Source: Octopus vulgaris
Lineage: Eukaryota
Assembly (NCBI GenBank): GCA_951406725.2
Contig: OX597821.1
Location: 28,954,001-29,018,000 of the forward strand
Direction of reading: 5' to 3'
Length of the DNA stretch: 64,000 nucleotides
Below the pieces are notes generated by a model. It searched no databases. It saw only the letters and a list, made by a program, of their open reading frames with translations, and was not told the DNA's origin. Below are positions 39,530-55,654 of the stretch, piece by piece. Position numbers and translations under genes: made by a program. How positions within the stretch are numbered: position 1 is the first letter of the stretch; each line of letters starts with the position of its first letter.

Positions 39530-40198
39530 CTGGGTGGTGGATTGGCAGAATCATGAGACAATCACACAAAGTGTTTTATGGTAATTATTGGCGTTCTGAG
39601 TTCAACTCCTGCTGATGTCAACTTTGCCTTCATCCTTCCTGGGGATGGACAGAACAACGCACTACTTTAGTACTAATGCCAATTTAACCAATTAATTTCG
39701 ATCACAAATTTTGTAGCCTTGTACAATATACAATAGAAAGTATTACTAGCACACAGTAAGACGGCGAGCTGGTAAAATCGTTTACACGCCGGTCAAAATT
39801 CTTAGCGGTATTTCGTCCGTCTCCAAGTTCTGAGTTCAAATTTCACCGAGATCGACTTTGCCTTTCATCTTATCGAGGTCGATAAAATAGGTACCAGCTG
39901 AGTACTGTGATCGATGTAATCAACTTAACTCCTTCCCCTTCTGAACTTGTGCCAAAATTTGAAATCGTTACTAGTACACAGTAAGGTGGCAAGCTGGCAG
40001 AATCGTTAGCATGCCGGGCGAAATTCTTAGAGATATTTCCTTCATATTTACGCTCTGTGTTCAAATTCCGCCAAGATCGACTTTGCCTTTCATCCTTTTG
40101 AGGTCGATAAAAAAGTACCAGTTGCACACTGGGGTTGATGTAATTGTCTTATCCATTTCACCGAAATTACTGGCCATGTGCTAAAATTTGAAAACATC
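39530..40198 (+). mobile_element. Three tandem SINE family B copies
   Basis: Heads at about 39533, 39760 and 39985; the last two are each preceded by TACTAG.ACACAGTAAG. Confidence 0.85.
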
Positions 40199-41379
40199 AC
40201 TAGCTGAAAGTCTCTTTTTTTTTTATCATACCTTTTTTGGAGACATTTCTTCCCTCATTTAGTAGATGTTAAATTATATTTCCTGCTTTAACTACTTAGT
40301 GAGGACCGAATTAAAACATTCTTACATATTTACTCAGGAGTCGTAGTTTCTGGTTGTTCTTTATTTAGCAACTTAAAATATATATATGTCTAGTCAATTC
40401 ATGACATAAATCTTTGAGTGTAATCATTTACACAATTAGTTCACCCCTAAATCTAAATCGCTGATCAACATAATTTGATGAATTCTGCATCTATTTTTCG
40501 TAAACGCACATCTATAACTATATTTCAAACCTATATATTTGTCTTCTAAACATAAGAACGTTCTTTTCAATGATTATCGTTAAAATCTATTTTGATTTAA
40601 ATACTTAGTTACACGCTTTCTCTCATTCACTTATTAATTTTTTTTTCTATATTTCTCCAACGATTCAACAGCGTTGTCTTTGAATGTAATAATTATAAAC
40701 TTGAGAAAGTTATTTCTGATTAAATTCGCTCATTGTTTCATATTAACTTCACGATGTTATCCCTGTTTTAAAATAAAAACTGTTATTCCTGATTTAATGA
40801 CTTAATAATTATCTGCTTTATAACGTTCGTAATTATATTTATTTCTACATCAACTTAAATCTATTTACAATATAATTTAAATTGAATGCAATACAATTTA
40901 AATTGAATGGTGAATGCAATTCTTTCCTTATTTATAATCTTCAGAATATTTCTGTCTTTTCTTTCCTTATATATTCACATTACTATATCTACTATAAACA
41001 GCCCTCTTCCCTTTCCTTTTAAGATGTCATATGATGTGTTGCCAAATATTATCCTGCAATTCGATAGAGTTCTCGGACAAAAACTGCGAACGCACTTCAT
41101 GAAAACTTGAATTTCATAGCAGAATATTTCCAAAGCAATGTTGACTATCACAAGCAAACACTTGATACCGGGATAATAGGATAGGTGTTTGAGTTGTTAA
41201 TTGGTTTGGGATTCTGGAATAAAATACACCATGTTCAAAAGCTACACGATAATCATAATTAACTTTTGTCATACTTTGAGGACTTAAAGTCCCCTTATGA
41301 TTATTTGAAACAGTTTAGGATCAATGAGCACTGATCACTTGAAGCTGGGTTGAAACTAGGTGATATATAAAAAATGTGA

Positions 41380-41926
41380 AGGCGCATGGCTCAGTGGTTA
41401 GATCGTCGAGATTACGATCGTGAGGTTGTGAGCTCGAATCCTTTTCCGGGCTGCGTGTTGTGTTCTTGAGCAAGACACTTTATTTCACGTTGCTCCAGTT
41501 CACTCAGCTGTAGAAATGAGTTGCGACGTCACTGGTGCCAAGCTGTATCGGCCTTTGCTTTTCCCTTTGGATAACACTGGTGGCGTGGAGAGGGAAGGCC
41601 ACTGTGCAAGGACAATCCGAACAAAGACAGGTGTTGCAAAGAGTGACCGGTAGAGCGGAAATGGCGCGAGACCGGGTTTCATTGCAGAGTCGGATTTCTC
41701 GGAGGTGTTCCGCGAACCGGTCAGCCAAGCGGCATCCTGTTTGCCCGAGGTATAGAGACGGGTAGAGAGACCAGGAAATACAGTAGATGGCATTGGTAGA
41801 AGTGAAGATTTATGTATGTATGCATGGGCGACTAATGGTCTTCCATAAACAACCTTGTCCGGACTTGTGCCTGGGAGAGTAACTTTCTAGGTGCAATCCC
41901 ACGGTCAGTCATGACCGAAGGAGATC
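41380..41926 (+). mobile_element. SINE family C interrupted by a GIY-YIG fragment
   Basis: Colinear with 2697-3027 except for an insert at about 41600-41818. Confidence 0.9.
41597..41818 (-). pseudogene. Penelope-like GIY-YIG endonuclease fragment
   Basis: Minus strand FTSTNAIYCISWSLYPSLYLGQTGCRLADRFAEHLREIR, frameshift, SRHFRSTGHSLQHLSLFGL. Confidence 0.85.
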
Positions 41927-42647
41927 TCAATATATCAAGTCATTGTTATGCACACTTGCTAAGGAGCAACGTGTTTTTGTTCGCAGCCACGATAGGGAAA
42001 CAGAGTTGATGCAGGAAGCTAGCAAACAATAAATAGATGAATGGAATTAGGAAAAGTAAAAGGAAAATACAGAAACTTTCTAGACAATGGTAGGTGACAT
42101 GAGTCATTTTACGGAATGCTCTCGCAGATCTTCAGTGTGCGAGTGATGTAGCACAAATGTTCTTTTGATAATTATGATATTAAATCTGTCATTCAACCAT
42201 GTGAGTAATTACGTGTTTTTTAAACTTCATATGCGAAATACAACGACATATATATCAACACACGGTTTCACATCAGGACTCTAGCAACACAAATTCATAT
42301 ATATATATATATATATATTTATAATAGGATTAGCTTGTATTGACTACATATCGCCGCTTTGATCTGTTTTTTGTATTGGATGCATGTCGCCACCGTGAAC
42401 CGCTGCATCATGCACTTTAAACATATAGCATGAACGAACTCACTTCAAACTATATATATGAACTTTATGATGTCTGACACCGTTGTGTATTATAAATGAA
42501 TTTCTTGTGATTGATAGCATGAACTATCTTTTTTTATATATAACTTTTTTTGATAAGGTTCATTTCAGGAACTGAAACATGTTATAATGTATATATATAA
42601 AAATTAAAAATTGTATAATATAGCAGCATTTTCGAACTTCATCTTTT

Positions 42648-42713
<66 letters not shown>

Positions 42714-42718
42714 ATATG

Positions 42719-42752
<34 letters not shown>

Positions 42753-42996
42753 TGTATGTATGCATGTATATATGTATGTATGTATATATCTATCTATCTA
42801 TATATATATGTATGTATGTATATATGTAGATATGCATATATGTATATATAAATATATGTATATATATATGTGTATATATTTATGTATATGTGTATATGTA
42901 TATATGTGTATATATATATATGTATGTATATATATATATGTATATATATATGTGTGTGTGTGTGCGTATGTAAATATATATATATGTGTATATGTG

Positions 42997-43039
<43 letters not shown>

Positions 43040-43044
<5 letters not shown>

Positions 43045-43870
43045 GGGGATAATTCATAGAAAAATAAAGACGAAGTCAGGTGGTGTAGACAACAAACAGA
43101 TGTATTAGTTTAACGCTCGGGAAGTTAAAAAGTCTTTAACGTTTCGAGCCTACGCCCTTCCACAGAAAGGAACACAGAAAGAAACAAGGAGAGAAAATAG
43201 AGAATGTGTAGTGGCTAGCGATCTATCAAGGCGAAAGCTGGAAAGAGCGGTCACACTGGAGAGCTAGGAAGCTGGGGGAAATAATAAAGTAGTGGTGATC
43301 CCAAAATGAAGGTGCGCGTGCGTGTGTATAAGAGAGCATGTATGTGCGTGTGGAAGAGGGCTGTAGACCTTGACGTGTGCGTGTGTATGTGTAGGTGTGT
43401 AGATGTGGTGCTGGGAAGTGGTCAGTGCTAGTGTGTGCATGGTGGTGTGCTGGGATGTGGTGTTGTGTGGTATTGTGGTGTATAGTGTAGTGATATGTGG
43501 TGTGGTGTGACGGTCTTCGGAGGCGAGAGTGGGGAAAGCAAGGATGGGGTGTGGCTTAGGCTGAGGGTCGGGGTAGAGGTGGTGTATGTGGGAGTGGGAT
43601 GCGATGGATTGGGAAGGGGGATGAGATGGATAGGGAAGTGGGATGAGATGGATAGAGAAGGTGGGTAGGAATAAAGAGAAGTAGGAGTCGGAACAAAAGA
43701 GGAGAGGTGGGTGCGAGGAAGTAGGTGTGAGAGGAAGAGAAGTAAGGAGAGGAGGTTAGACGAAGAGGGGAGGCGAGTTAAGCCATTGTGGAGCAAAGGA
43801 GAGAAGCGAGAATATTAATCATGGCAGGAATCCGGATGGCATTGGTAGGAGTGAAGATGTATGTATGTAT
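43040..43870 (-). mobile_element. Non-autonomous Penelope-like element (GIY-YIG stub, C-rich tract, hammerhead-type terminus)
   Basis: Minus strand LIFSLLSFAPQWLN (PLE LI..L....P.GLN end), then a C-rich tract, then CTTT-CTGTGGA-A-GGGC GTAG GCTC-GAAACGTT-AAAG (43134-43169), ending in (TA)n; terminus repeated at 45310-45405. Confidence 0.75.
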
Positions 43871-45237
43871 GTGTATATAACGTTATATATACAATTTACA
43901 AAAAAGCTGGAACTACTTTAATGCTTTAGAGATATAATAAATAGTCAAGATATATATAAGATGTCATATGACCAGCAATCTTTATTGTATCTCTAGAGCA
44001 TGCAATTATTAGTAACTCTTTTGAAAACACTGATGGAACTATATACTATAGGTGTATATATATAGACGGAAAAGCTGAAAAAAGTTTAAGGTAGAAAAAC
44101 ATGTAAAGCGTCTCCTGTTAATGCATTTTCAGGCCGATAATTACTTTGAATACTGGAATATATAGATGTGCTTCATGAGAACATGTCTTGGGTTATAATC
44201 TTACCTATTTACTACACATACACACACACACACACACAAACACACAAATACACACATATACACATACATATATATGCATGTGTATATACATGCATGTATA
44301 TATATGCGTTTGTATGTATATAAGTATGTATAAACATACGTGTATATATACATATATATGTATATACATATATATGTATATATGTATATATATATATGAG
44401 TGTGTGTGTTTGTATATATACATATTTATATATATGAATATATATATATATATGTATATATATGTATATATATAATATATATATATACGTACGTCTATTT
44501 ATACATTTGAATGCTTGAGTACTCTAACGTATACTCTCACACATAACTAACTACTGAGTAGGGTCCATGAAGTAACACGATACACAGTCACACATCACCT
44601 GACATTCACATGTGTATGTTTGTTTATTTGTATGTGTGTGTGTGTGTGTGTGTATGTGATTTGCGTTTGTATCCTATGTGTATGTGTTGTTGAGGGGAGG
44701 GTGTGTATGTATTATGCTGTGCGTAGTATGTATGAATATATGCGGAGATAATAATGAGATTAAGAATTCCTCAGCGTAACAAGATTTTGTTATAAACTAC
44801 AAAATCTTATGCAGACAAGGTGTATTACTAAAGTAGCTGGAGGCCTATGATGAACACGTTTCTGTGCATGCGTGTGTATATGCACATACGCGTTCGTGCA
44901 CACGCACACACACACACACAAATACCTGTGTGTGTATCTGCATTTATAGTTGTGTGCATACACACGCATACACACACATATATATATTTATAAATATATA
45001 TTTTCATATATATATATGTGTGTATGTATATATATATGTGTGTGCATGTTTATATATATATATATATTAATATATACGTCTGTGTTTGTGTACATATATA
45101 ATATCACACATATAATTATATATCCATAGCGTCCTATATATACGTGTACAAATGTGCACACATATATAAAGGTGCGTGTGCATGTATATACATATATATA
45201 CGGCTACGCATATATACAGTATGTGTATGTATGTATG

Positions 45238-45307
<70 letters not shown>

Positions 45308-45421
45308 TATGTTGTGAGAATTTACAAAAAAACAAAAGACGAAGACGGGTGTGTAAACAACAAACAGAGGCATTAGTTTAACGCTCGGGAAGTGAGATAG
45401 TCTTATATATGAGTGTATATA

Positions 45422-45453
<32 letters not shown>

Positions 45454-45561
45454 CATACTATATATTTATATATACAGATATATACATATATATATACATA
45501 TATATATACACATATATGTATATGTATCACACATGGATACATATACATACACATATATATA

Positions 45562-45613
<52 letters not shown>

Positions 45614-46254
45614 ATGTGGATGCATATATATACACATACACACAAACATTTATAGACATATATATGTGTGTTTTTGTCTATGCGTGTGTGTACACCTGTA
45701 TGTATGTATGTGTCTGCGTGCGGTATTATATGTGTGTGTATGTGAGTGTATATATGCGTGTTCGTGTATACATGAGTATTTCGTTTCCATTTGATTCCAT
45801 TCCGAGAGCAGATTCCTAAACAGCATAATGCAACTCCACGTCAACACCACCAGCGCCACCAGCACCGATGTCATCATAATCATCATCATAATCATTATTA
45901 TCATCGTCGTCACCATCACCATCATCATCATCATAATTGTCATCATCATTGACATCATCATCATTACCATCGTGATCGTCAGCAACAACAATTATAACTA
46001 CCAAGGAAGTATGCACCATGAGAACACGTTTGTTCTTCCTCTCGGCATTTGTTTGACAACTCACCCATCATCAATCGAAATCTCTCTGAGAAATCATAAT
46101 TAAAGAGATGTTACAAGGAACTTGGTAAATTAATTAAAAATCGCTCCAAGAGAACACGTGTGACAACGCGTGGCAACTGTGGGGAAGTATTAGATGAGAA
46201 TACATACATATATGTATGTATATATATATATATATACAAGTATATATATATATG

Positions 46255-46333
<79 letters not shown>

Positions 46334-46390
46334 TCATACGTACATATGTATATGCATTTATATATATATATACATTCACAAATATATATA

Positions 46391-46530
<140 letters not shown>

Positions 46531-47022
46531 CATATATCTGTATATGTGCACGTATATATTTATACATACACGATGCTGAGAAGAGACGGAGTCGTTAGAG
46601 CGGCGGACTGAGTGCTTCGCCCAATATATATTACAATTCTGTGCTCAGATTTCGAGTCTTGCTATGCCTTCGTTGTACAGGGCATGGCGGGAGAGATGGA
46701 GACAGAAACTGTGAATACGAATGATGTTTATTTATATGAGGTTAACAAAAGCTCGAGGGGAAAAAAACACACACAAACACACACACAAACATACACATAT
46801 ACATTTGCATGCGAATTATATATACAAATGTGCGTATATATATACAAAGGCGTATTTATACAAATGCGCATATGTACAAATATGCTTATGTATATACATG
46901 TTAAAAATATACATACATATATATGTATATCCATAGAATTATATATTATGTATGTATGCATGTATAAAGATAGATAGATGGATAGATAGATAGATTTGTG
47001 TGTGTATATGTGTATATATATG

Positions 47023-47064
<42 letters not shown>

Positions 47065-47065
<1 letters not shown>

Positions 47066-47483
47066 TCTCTCTTTTACTCTTTTACTTGTTTCAGTCATTT
47101 GACTGCGGCCATGCTGGAGCACCGCCTTTACTCGAGCAAATTGACCCCGGGACTTATTCTTTGTAAGCCCAGTACTTATTCTATCGGTCTCTTTTGCCGA
47201 ACCGCTAAGTGACGGGGACGTAAACAAACCAGCATCGGTTGTAAAGCAATGCTAGGGGGACAAACACACATACACAAACACACCCACATACACACATATA
47301 TATATATACATACATATATACGACAGGCTTCTTTCAGTTTCCGTCTACCAAATCCACTCACAAGGCATTGGTCGGCCCGGGGCTATAGCAGAAGACAGTT
47401 GCCCAAGATGCCACGCAGTGGGACTGAACCCGAAACCTTGTGGTCGGTTAGCAAGCTACTTACCACACAGTCACTCCTGCGCC
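47065..47483 (-). mobile_element. SINE family A, full-length young copy
   Basis: Reverse complement of 21457-21860. Confidence 0.95.
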
Positions 47484-47492
47484 TATATACAC

Positions 47493-47540
<48 letters not shown>

Positions 47541-47547
<7 letters not shown>

Positions 47548-47692
47548 TAATTAAGGATATCTAAGAGATACCACCATGCTAAATATAGTAGCCAAAACGT
47601 GACTCTAAAACCACATTTAATGTGGATTTAGAGTCAGGTTTTGGCTGCTATATCTGTCATGGTGGTATCTTTTAGATACCCTTAATTATAAT
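47541..47692. repeat. Imperfect palindrome next to (TA)n
   Basis: AATTATAATTAAGGATATCTAAGAGATACCACCATG..CCACATT|AATGTGG..CATGGTGGTATCTTTAGATACCCTTAATTATAATT. Confidence 0.9.
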
Positions 47693-47929
47693 TTTAATAA
47701 TAATTATTACCATTGAGATAATTATTCCTATGCTAGCCACCTGTTATGATCAGTGTTTTAAATAACGATCCTATCCTTATTTATATAAATTTATATATGT
47801 ATGTATATATATATATATATATATAATGAAGGGTGAAATTAATTAATTTGGAATAATTATCAATTACACCAAGTAGTCTTCGGCATGTAAAAGAATATAT
47901 ATATATTCAATATTTTACCATTCAATATG

Positions 47930-48135
47930 TGACCGCGTGTGTATCGTTGGCAATTTTCTTTCTCCGTCTTCCCTTCCTTGGACCTTTTCTTTTTCTAGGT
48001 TTCTGACGAAGAGCTCCGCTCGAAACGTTAGATCCTCCTTCTTGCTTTCCTTTCCTGAGCGTCCAATAACACTATACTTGTTCCACGTCCTCGCGCTGTT
48101 GTGCTTTCTCTTTGTGTTTTCATGTTTGGATGTAT
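47930..48135 (+). mobile_element. Penelope-like terminus with minimal hammerhead
   Basis: GGTTT-CTGACGA-A-GAGC TCC GCTC-GAAA-CG-TT-AGATC at 47998-48034; runs into (TA)n. Confidence 0.75.
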
Positions 48136-48136
48136 G

Positions 48137-48182
<46 letters not shown>

Positions 48183-48440
48183 GAAATATGTTACGAAAAG
48201 AAAATATAAAATACACGTTGAAATGTAAGGGTAAAATATGAAAAATCAACGAAAATGCATATTGCAGATAGAAAAAGGCTATTTATGACAGGTAGTGACA
48301 AATATATACATTTAGATTGACTGAGGTAGTAATACGAGTCATAAAGGTCATTATTATGAGATGATTATAAGATGATAATAATAATAATAAAGTAAGAGAA
48401 TAAAACGAACCAATTGGTTTACGCGTAGGCTATTCATCGT

Positions 48441-48471
<31 letters not shown>

Positions 48472-48480
48472 TTGTTTGTG

Positions 48481-48513
<33 letters not shown>

Positions 48514-48954
48514 GAGTGAAGCTTGTTCGTGTATTGTATATACCACGCCTATCTGTATGTGCATAGACATTTCTACATACATACATGTATGGGCACATGT
48601 CTATATGTCTATGAGAGATTTATCTGTCTTAATGCTTTAGTTGTGCATACTAATATAATAAACGTCTTCTCTTCTGCTTCCTTCTAATGAATACAAAATA
48701 ACCCTCACATAACGAGTTAGAAATCTATGTCCGCGCGCACGGGTTTACGCGTTACTGTGTACCCATATGCGTAAGTTTAAGTGCTTCGCTTAGATGTCGT
48801 CTTCAATGAAGTTTTATTTTCTTTAGTAATTTCATAAATTAGGTTTAGTCTTTGAATGCTGAAAGGCTAAGATGACCTTTAGAGGGGGATACTCAATCGA
48901 TCCTTGCATGCCCTGCTCTTTATGAAAGTTCTTTGTTCTCGTGATAAAAATATA

Positions 48955-49560
<606 letters not shown>

Positions 49561-49777
49561 TGTGTATGATTATAAATCAATATGTGTACATTATGGCAGT
49601 AAATGAGAGAGAGAAAGAGAAGGAAAGAGAGAGGTGGGGGAGAATTTATGTACTTCAGGGGAGAGTATCAGATATTTTTTTCTAGTTTTTAAGTTCAAAA
49701 CTTCTTTTTTTTAGTCTTGGTAGAAGGAACGGAAAGCGAACAGCATTCATAATAATTTATCATCAAATCCTTTATTG

Positions 49778-49807
<30 letters not shown>

Positions 49808-49808
<1 letters not shown>

Positions 49809-50010
49809 CTGTGTATATATATAAGGCAAGATGTGTGTGTATGTTTGTATGTACGTGATTGTAGTTTATGCACATCCACAAATTAGCAGGCATATCGCTC
49901 AAATTTTAGGAGAACATTCTTCAACACCCTATCTGGGTTTTGTCAACTTATTTTTTCCCGAGGCACCCGCGGATAGCGGTTAAAACCTATTTCCAGCCAT
50001 AGCTTTTTGA
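49808..50010 (+). mobile_element. Probable non-autonomous Helitron 5' part
   Basis: A|TC start, TATATAAGGCA, short (TG/TATG) run, then CTCAAATTTT: same layout as the 5' end of 3760-4138; 3' end not found. Confidence 0.4.
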
Positions 50011-50667
50011 CGGTGTCTAACCAAAAAAAAAAAAACAAGATAAAGAAAAGTGGAAGAGAAGCAGTTTCACAGCATCTAAAAAAAAAATTAAAAGGGAAAA
50101 ACAAAGTGAGAGAGAGAGTAAATGTTTTGTTTTTTCTTAAACACGAGATATAATGTTCAAATTCAGGATGTTTTTGAAAGACACTATATTTTATAATCAT
50201 AGTATATATACTTTCTCACACAACAATTACAATATATTTATTTTAAATCATTTATTTATCTTATATCGTTCATCTTTCTCCCCCTCTCTCTCACACACAC
50301 ACATATTACTTTGGGTTTGAAAGAGTTTTGTAGCATATTAGGAGGCCAGAGTAGTTCATTCCACGAAAAATAACCGATTTCTCTTCTTAGTGAAAATTGT
50401 GCGAGTGTTAATATACAAATTTAACTACATTTTTTCCATTCATTTCTGTTTATGAACATGTATGCATGCACAAAACAAGCAATAGGCGTACTAGCTCCTA
50501 CTCGCTCCTCCTCTATCTCTATCTCTCTTTCTATCTCTTTTCCCCGCTTCCTCTTGCACTTTCTACTTCAACCCTTCAGAAAGCTGGTTGTTGAGGTGTG
50601 AATTACTTAGAGAACCTTTGAAAGGTGCTTCCCAGACTGTTTATATTAATATATGTGTGTATGCTAA

Positions 50668-50878
50668 GGCAGCGAGGTGCAGAATCGTTAGCACGCCAGG
50701 AAAAATGCTTAGCAGCATTTCGTCGGTCTTAACGTTCTGAGTTCAAATTCGTCTGACGTTGACTTTGCCTTTCATCCTTTCGTGTTCGATAAAATAAGTA
50801 CCAGTTGAGTATTTGGGTCCATGTAATCGACTTACACCTCGCCCGAAATTGCTGCCTTGTGCAAAAATTTGAAATCAG
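50668..50878 (+). mobile_element. SINE family B
   Basis: Colinear with other family B copies; another at about 51935-52120. Confidence 0.85.
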
Positions 50879-51464
50879 TGTATGTCCGTATGTCTGTATG
50901 CCTGTATCTATGTATGATTGTGTGTAGTACTCGTGTGTGCGTGTGTATGTATGTGTGTTTGTGTGTTTACGTAGATATATGTATAATTTGGTGGTGAGCA
51001 GAAGTGTTTAGATTAGTTGTATTTTAGCAGAACTGTTTAGAATAGTTGTATTTTATGAGGTTAAGAATTTCATTTCGCACCCACATATTATCGGTTCAAT
51101 CCCACTGCACATCACCATAGGCAGATGCCAACTACTGTTGCTTTTGTTCGACCATTGTGTTATAAGTGAATTTTGTGAGCAGGGACTATGTGGGTCTAAG
51201 TTTGTTGTAAATGTGCGTGCGTGTGGGTGTTTATGTTTGTCCTCATCCCACGCGACAACACTTCAAGGCGGTGCTCCAACATGGCCGCTGTCCTATGAGT
51301 GAGACAGGTAGAAGGATAGAATTATATAAACATGCCTATATTCATATATTCTTTCATTAACATCATTATAATAACGATTGCTTTCTATACACTTTTGTAT
51401 TTCTCATTGTATCGATCATCGATTATTATTATTGTTGTTGTTGTTATTATTATTATTATTATTA

Positions 51465-51525
<61 letters not shown>

Positions 51526-52198
51526 CTAGGGAACTGTTTCTTTCTCTTCAATGGCTACATTCTAAATACCTCTATTTCCAAGCATTTATATTCAGACCTT
51601 TCTGTCAGAACTATATTGTCTGTTGTTGTAAAGGATACGCCGATTAAGATATTTCTTGATAGTCTTTAACGCTAATACCCGAACCATTTGTCTTAATCTT
51701 CTTTTCTGTTGGGATTCCGATTATAGTATATACAATGGTCATTTTCTCATTCTCTGATGTATTTTATAGCGCATATATGTATGTGTCTGTGTGTGTTTGC
51801 ACCATCTCTTTCCTCAATATATTTCATATGAGTATAGCAGAATAAGACAGCGGTATCGGAAGAGGTGCAAACAGTTATTTGTAGTTATTAGTTCCTTAGC
51901 TTAATATACTGAGTTCGAAAGCTTGATATTCTGAGCGAACAAAATAGTTAGCGACATTTTGTCCGTCTTTACGTTCTCAATCCAAATTCCGCCGAGGTCG
52001 ACTTTATCGTTCATTCTTTTGGGGTCGGTAAAATAAGTGCCAGTTAAACACTGGGGTTTATGTAATCGACTTGCCCCGTCCCCAGAAATTGTTGGCCTTG
52101 TACCAAAATTTGAAACCAGTAGTCTGAGTTCGAATCACTCTACCATCGATTTTGATTGTTTTATTTCAAAATCGATAAAATAAGAATCTACCACACTC

Positions 52199-52367
52199 TG
52201 CGGTCATGCTGGAGCATCGCCTTTCCGTCTACCAAATTCACTCACAAACCTTTGGTCGGCCCGAGGCTATAGTAGAAGGCACTTGCCCAAGGTGCCACGC
52301 AGTAGGACTGAACCCGGAACCATGTGTTTCGTAAGTAAGTTACTTACCACACAGCCACTCCTACACC
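52199..52367 (-). mobile_element. SINE family A short deleted form, second copy
   Basis: Same junction as 3186-3354. Confidence 0.85.
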
Positions 52368-53340
52368 AATACAAATAACTGGTTGATATTTTCGGTGGAC
52401 TTGGCTGGAAATATAGAAGACAATTATTTTCCGTTTTGGCTAAAGTCCTTTCAATTTGATAAGGACTTTGACTACTGAGGTATGTGCCTCCTCTCAAAAG
52501 TGACGAGGATGACACCAGTAAATGAACCTATGTTATGCATGCGCCTCTAAGTTGAAATATACGGAAGAGAGAGGAGCACTTGGCATGGTACTCTTGGTCA
52601 ACAGAGAAACACGGGACCATGATATTAATGACATCGGAATAGATTGGAAAATGGCATTTGTTCAATCAGGCTTCAGATTCTGCAGTGCAAATGTAGAGAG
52701 CCAATTACACGCTTATGAACGTTATATATTTGTTTTGAACTTTATTCGAAAATAGATCGGTGAACAAGCATTTATCGAGTGTTTCTTCCTCCGAAGCTTT
52801 GACATTTGTTAGTGTTCGGATGATATATGTAGCCTAGTTTTTATTAGCATCATTGTATTAGATAGCTAACTGGAGGTTGGGTGCTTCTGTCTTCAAGTCT
52901 CCTTTAAAAATTAAATAAATAAAATTTTAAAAAACTACAGGATAGCTCATGTCAATAAGTGAGCTTACATGTTATTACTATTGATGTGAAGAAGTAGAAC
53001 GCCCCCACTTTGTGTTCTCTGTCCTTGTTCGTCCCCTCTGTATAGGGCCAACAGTTGCCAATAAAATGAAAAAGAGTTGTGTAAAGTGCGTATTGTCGAA
53101 TGTAATTACAAGTATTGTGTATCTTGGGTAGAACGATCTGCGAGGACGTTATTTATTATCCCGCTATATCGTTGGTCGAACAGTGGCGACGAGGATTCGG
53201 ACAATATCGCCACTGATGCAACAGTGGCGTCAAGGTTTCGAATAGGACCGAGGATTCGAACAATATTAAAACTGAAAATAGTACCGAAATGGAAGAGTTA
53301 CTGAAAATGGTCATAAAACAAAACAGCACAAAAAAGTAAA

Positions 53341-53668
53341 AGACCCCATTTAATCACGAATTACCATGGGACTGCACCTAGAAAGTTACCCTTCGAGGTA
53401 CAAGTCCGGGTAAGGTGGCTTATGGAAGACCAGCAGTTGCTCATGCATACCAGCCTCTCCTCTCCGCGCCACTGATGTTATCCAAGGGAAAGGCAAAGGC
53501 CGATACAGCTCAGCACCAGTGACGTCGCAACTCATTTCTACAGCTGAGTGAACTGGAGCAACGTGGAATAAAAGTGTCTTGTCAAGAACACAACACACAG
53601 CCAGGTCCAGGAATCGAACACCCTACCTCATCATCGTGAGACCTCTCTAACCACTGAGCCATTCGGCT
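53341..53668 (-). mobile_element. SINE family C
   Basis: Reverse complement of 2697-3027. Confidence 0.9.
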
Positions 53669-53780
53669 TTATAAAAATGTAACGTTCCAATTTCATAAAC
53701 TTAATGCGGTGTTAATCGCTTTTAAGTTGTAGCATTTGGTTCTGGTAAGATCCTTTTAAAGATGTAGAACGTAAATGTGT

Positions 53781-53827
<47 letters not shown>

Positions 53828-54245
53828 TGTGTGTGTGTGCGTGTGTGCGTGTGTGTGTCTTTGATTCTGTGTTTCTCTCCCACCATAGCCCGACAACTGT
53901 TATCGATCTGTTTATGCACTCGTAATCTAGCGGTTCGACAAAAGAGAATAAAAGAATAAGTATGAAGTTTAAAAAAAAACAAGAGTCGATTCGTTCGACT
54001 AAAGAAAAGTTTCAAGGCAGTGCCCCAGCGTGGCCGTAGTTTAATGTCTGAGACAAGTAAAAGATAAAACTAAAAACGTATACTTCAAAACCAGGCAAAA
54101 CGACTCGGAAATTAAAGAGAACGACGGATATTGATATTTCACAGATATTTTTGCCTTATGCTCAATTCACCAGTGATTCGAATTTTTTCGGGGATGAATC
54201 TAATGAACGGCACCGATGATCAAAAATAATCGCGGAATATCGATA

Positions 54246-54980
<735 letters not shown>

Positions 54981-55654
54981 TAATATAAGAATAAAAGAAT
55001 CTCATGTCCTCGTTCGTCCTCCACCGATTCGTTTCGTTTGGTTTTGAAGAATACTGCATTTTTTAAAAACACGCTGCGTCTTTAAAGGGACGTTTCCCGA
55101 ACGAAATACTGCAACCTGGAAGCGTTTACTATCACACATACACGAAGTGTTTCACATTAATAAATGTAATAATAAAGAAATACAAAATAATACCTTCTTT
55201 TATTTGATTTTTTTTTTTAATCATTAAAGATTTGATTCGCACGGTAAGGTTAGGATTGGTCAAGTGTAATACAGATGATCAACATTTAGCTAGTTTCGTT
55301 CGGTGAAGTGTGATAATGCTTGCCTACTGTGAGCTTCCATGCTAATGGACTTATTAAAAGTAGCAATGTTAAGTCGAAAGTTGACAGGATTTTCTAACGA
55401 GATCTAGTTATTTGCTCAGGGTTATTGTTGGCTTGGTTTGAGTTTAATAACAGAGGTTATATTATTGATAGTAATTATGCGTAGACACAAATCTGTATAG
55501 AGCATGATGAACTTGGTCAATGCATAATGCCCAACACTGAACAAACGCATGCACCCATAAAGAAAACACACTTAACCATAAATATATATCTATATATATA
55601 TAAGAAATACTAAATTGCTAAATCTCTCGTAGAGACATGTACGGTGGTGGGGCG

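Noticed and set aside
41380-41450. tRNA-like sequences with A and B boxes
   Set aside because: They are SINE heads continuing into repeat bodies; no complete cloverleaf or terminator
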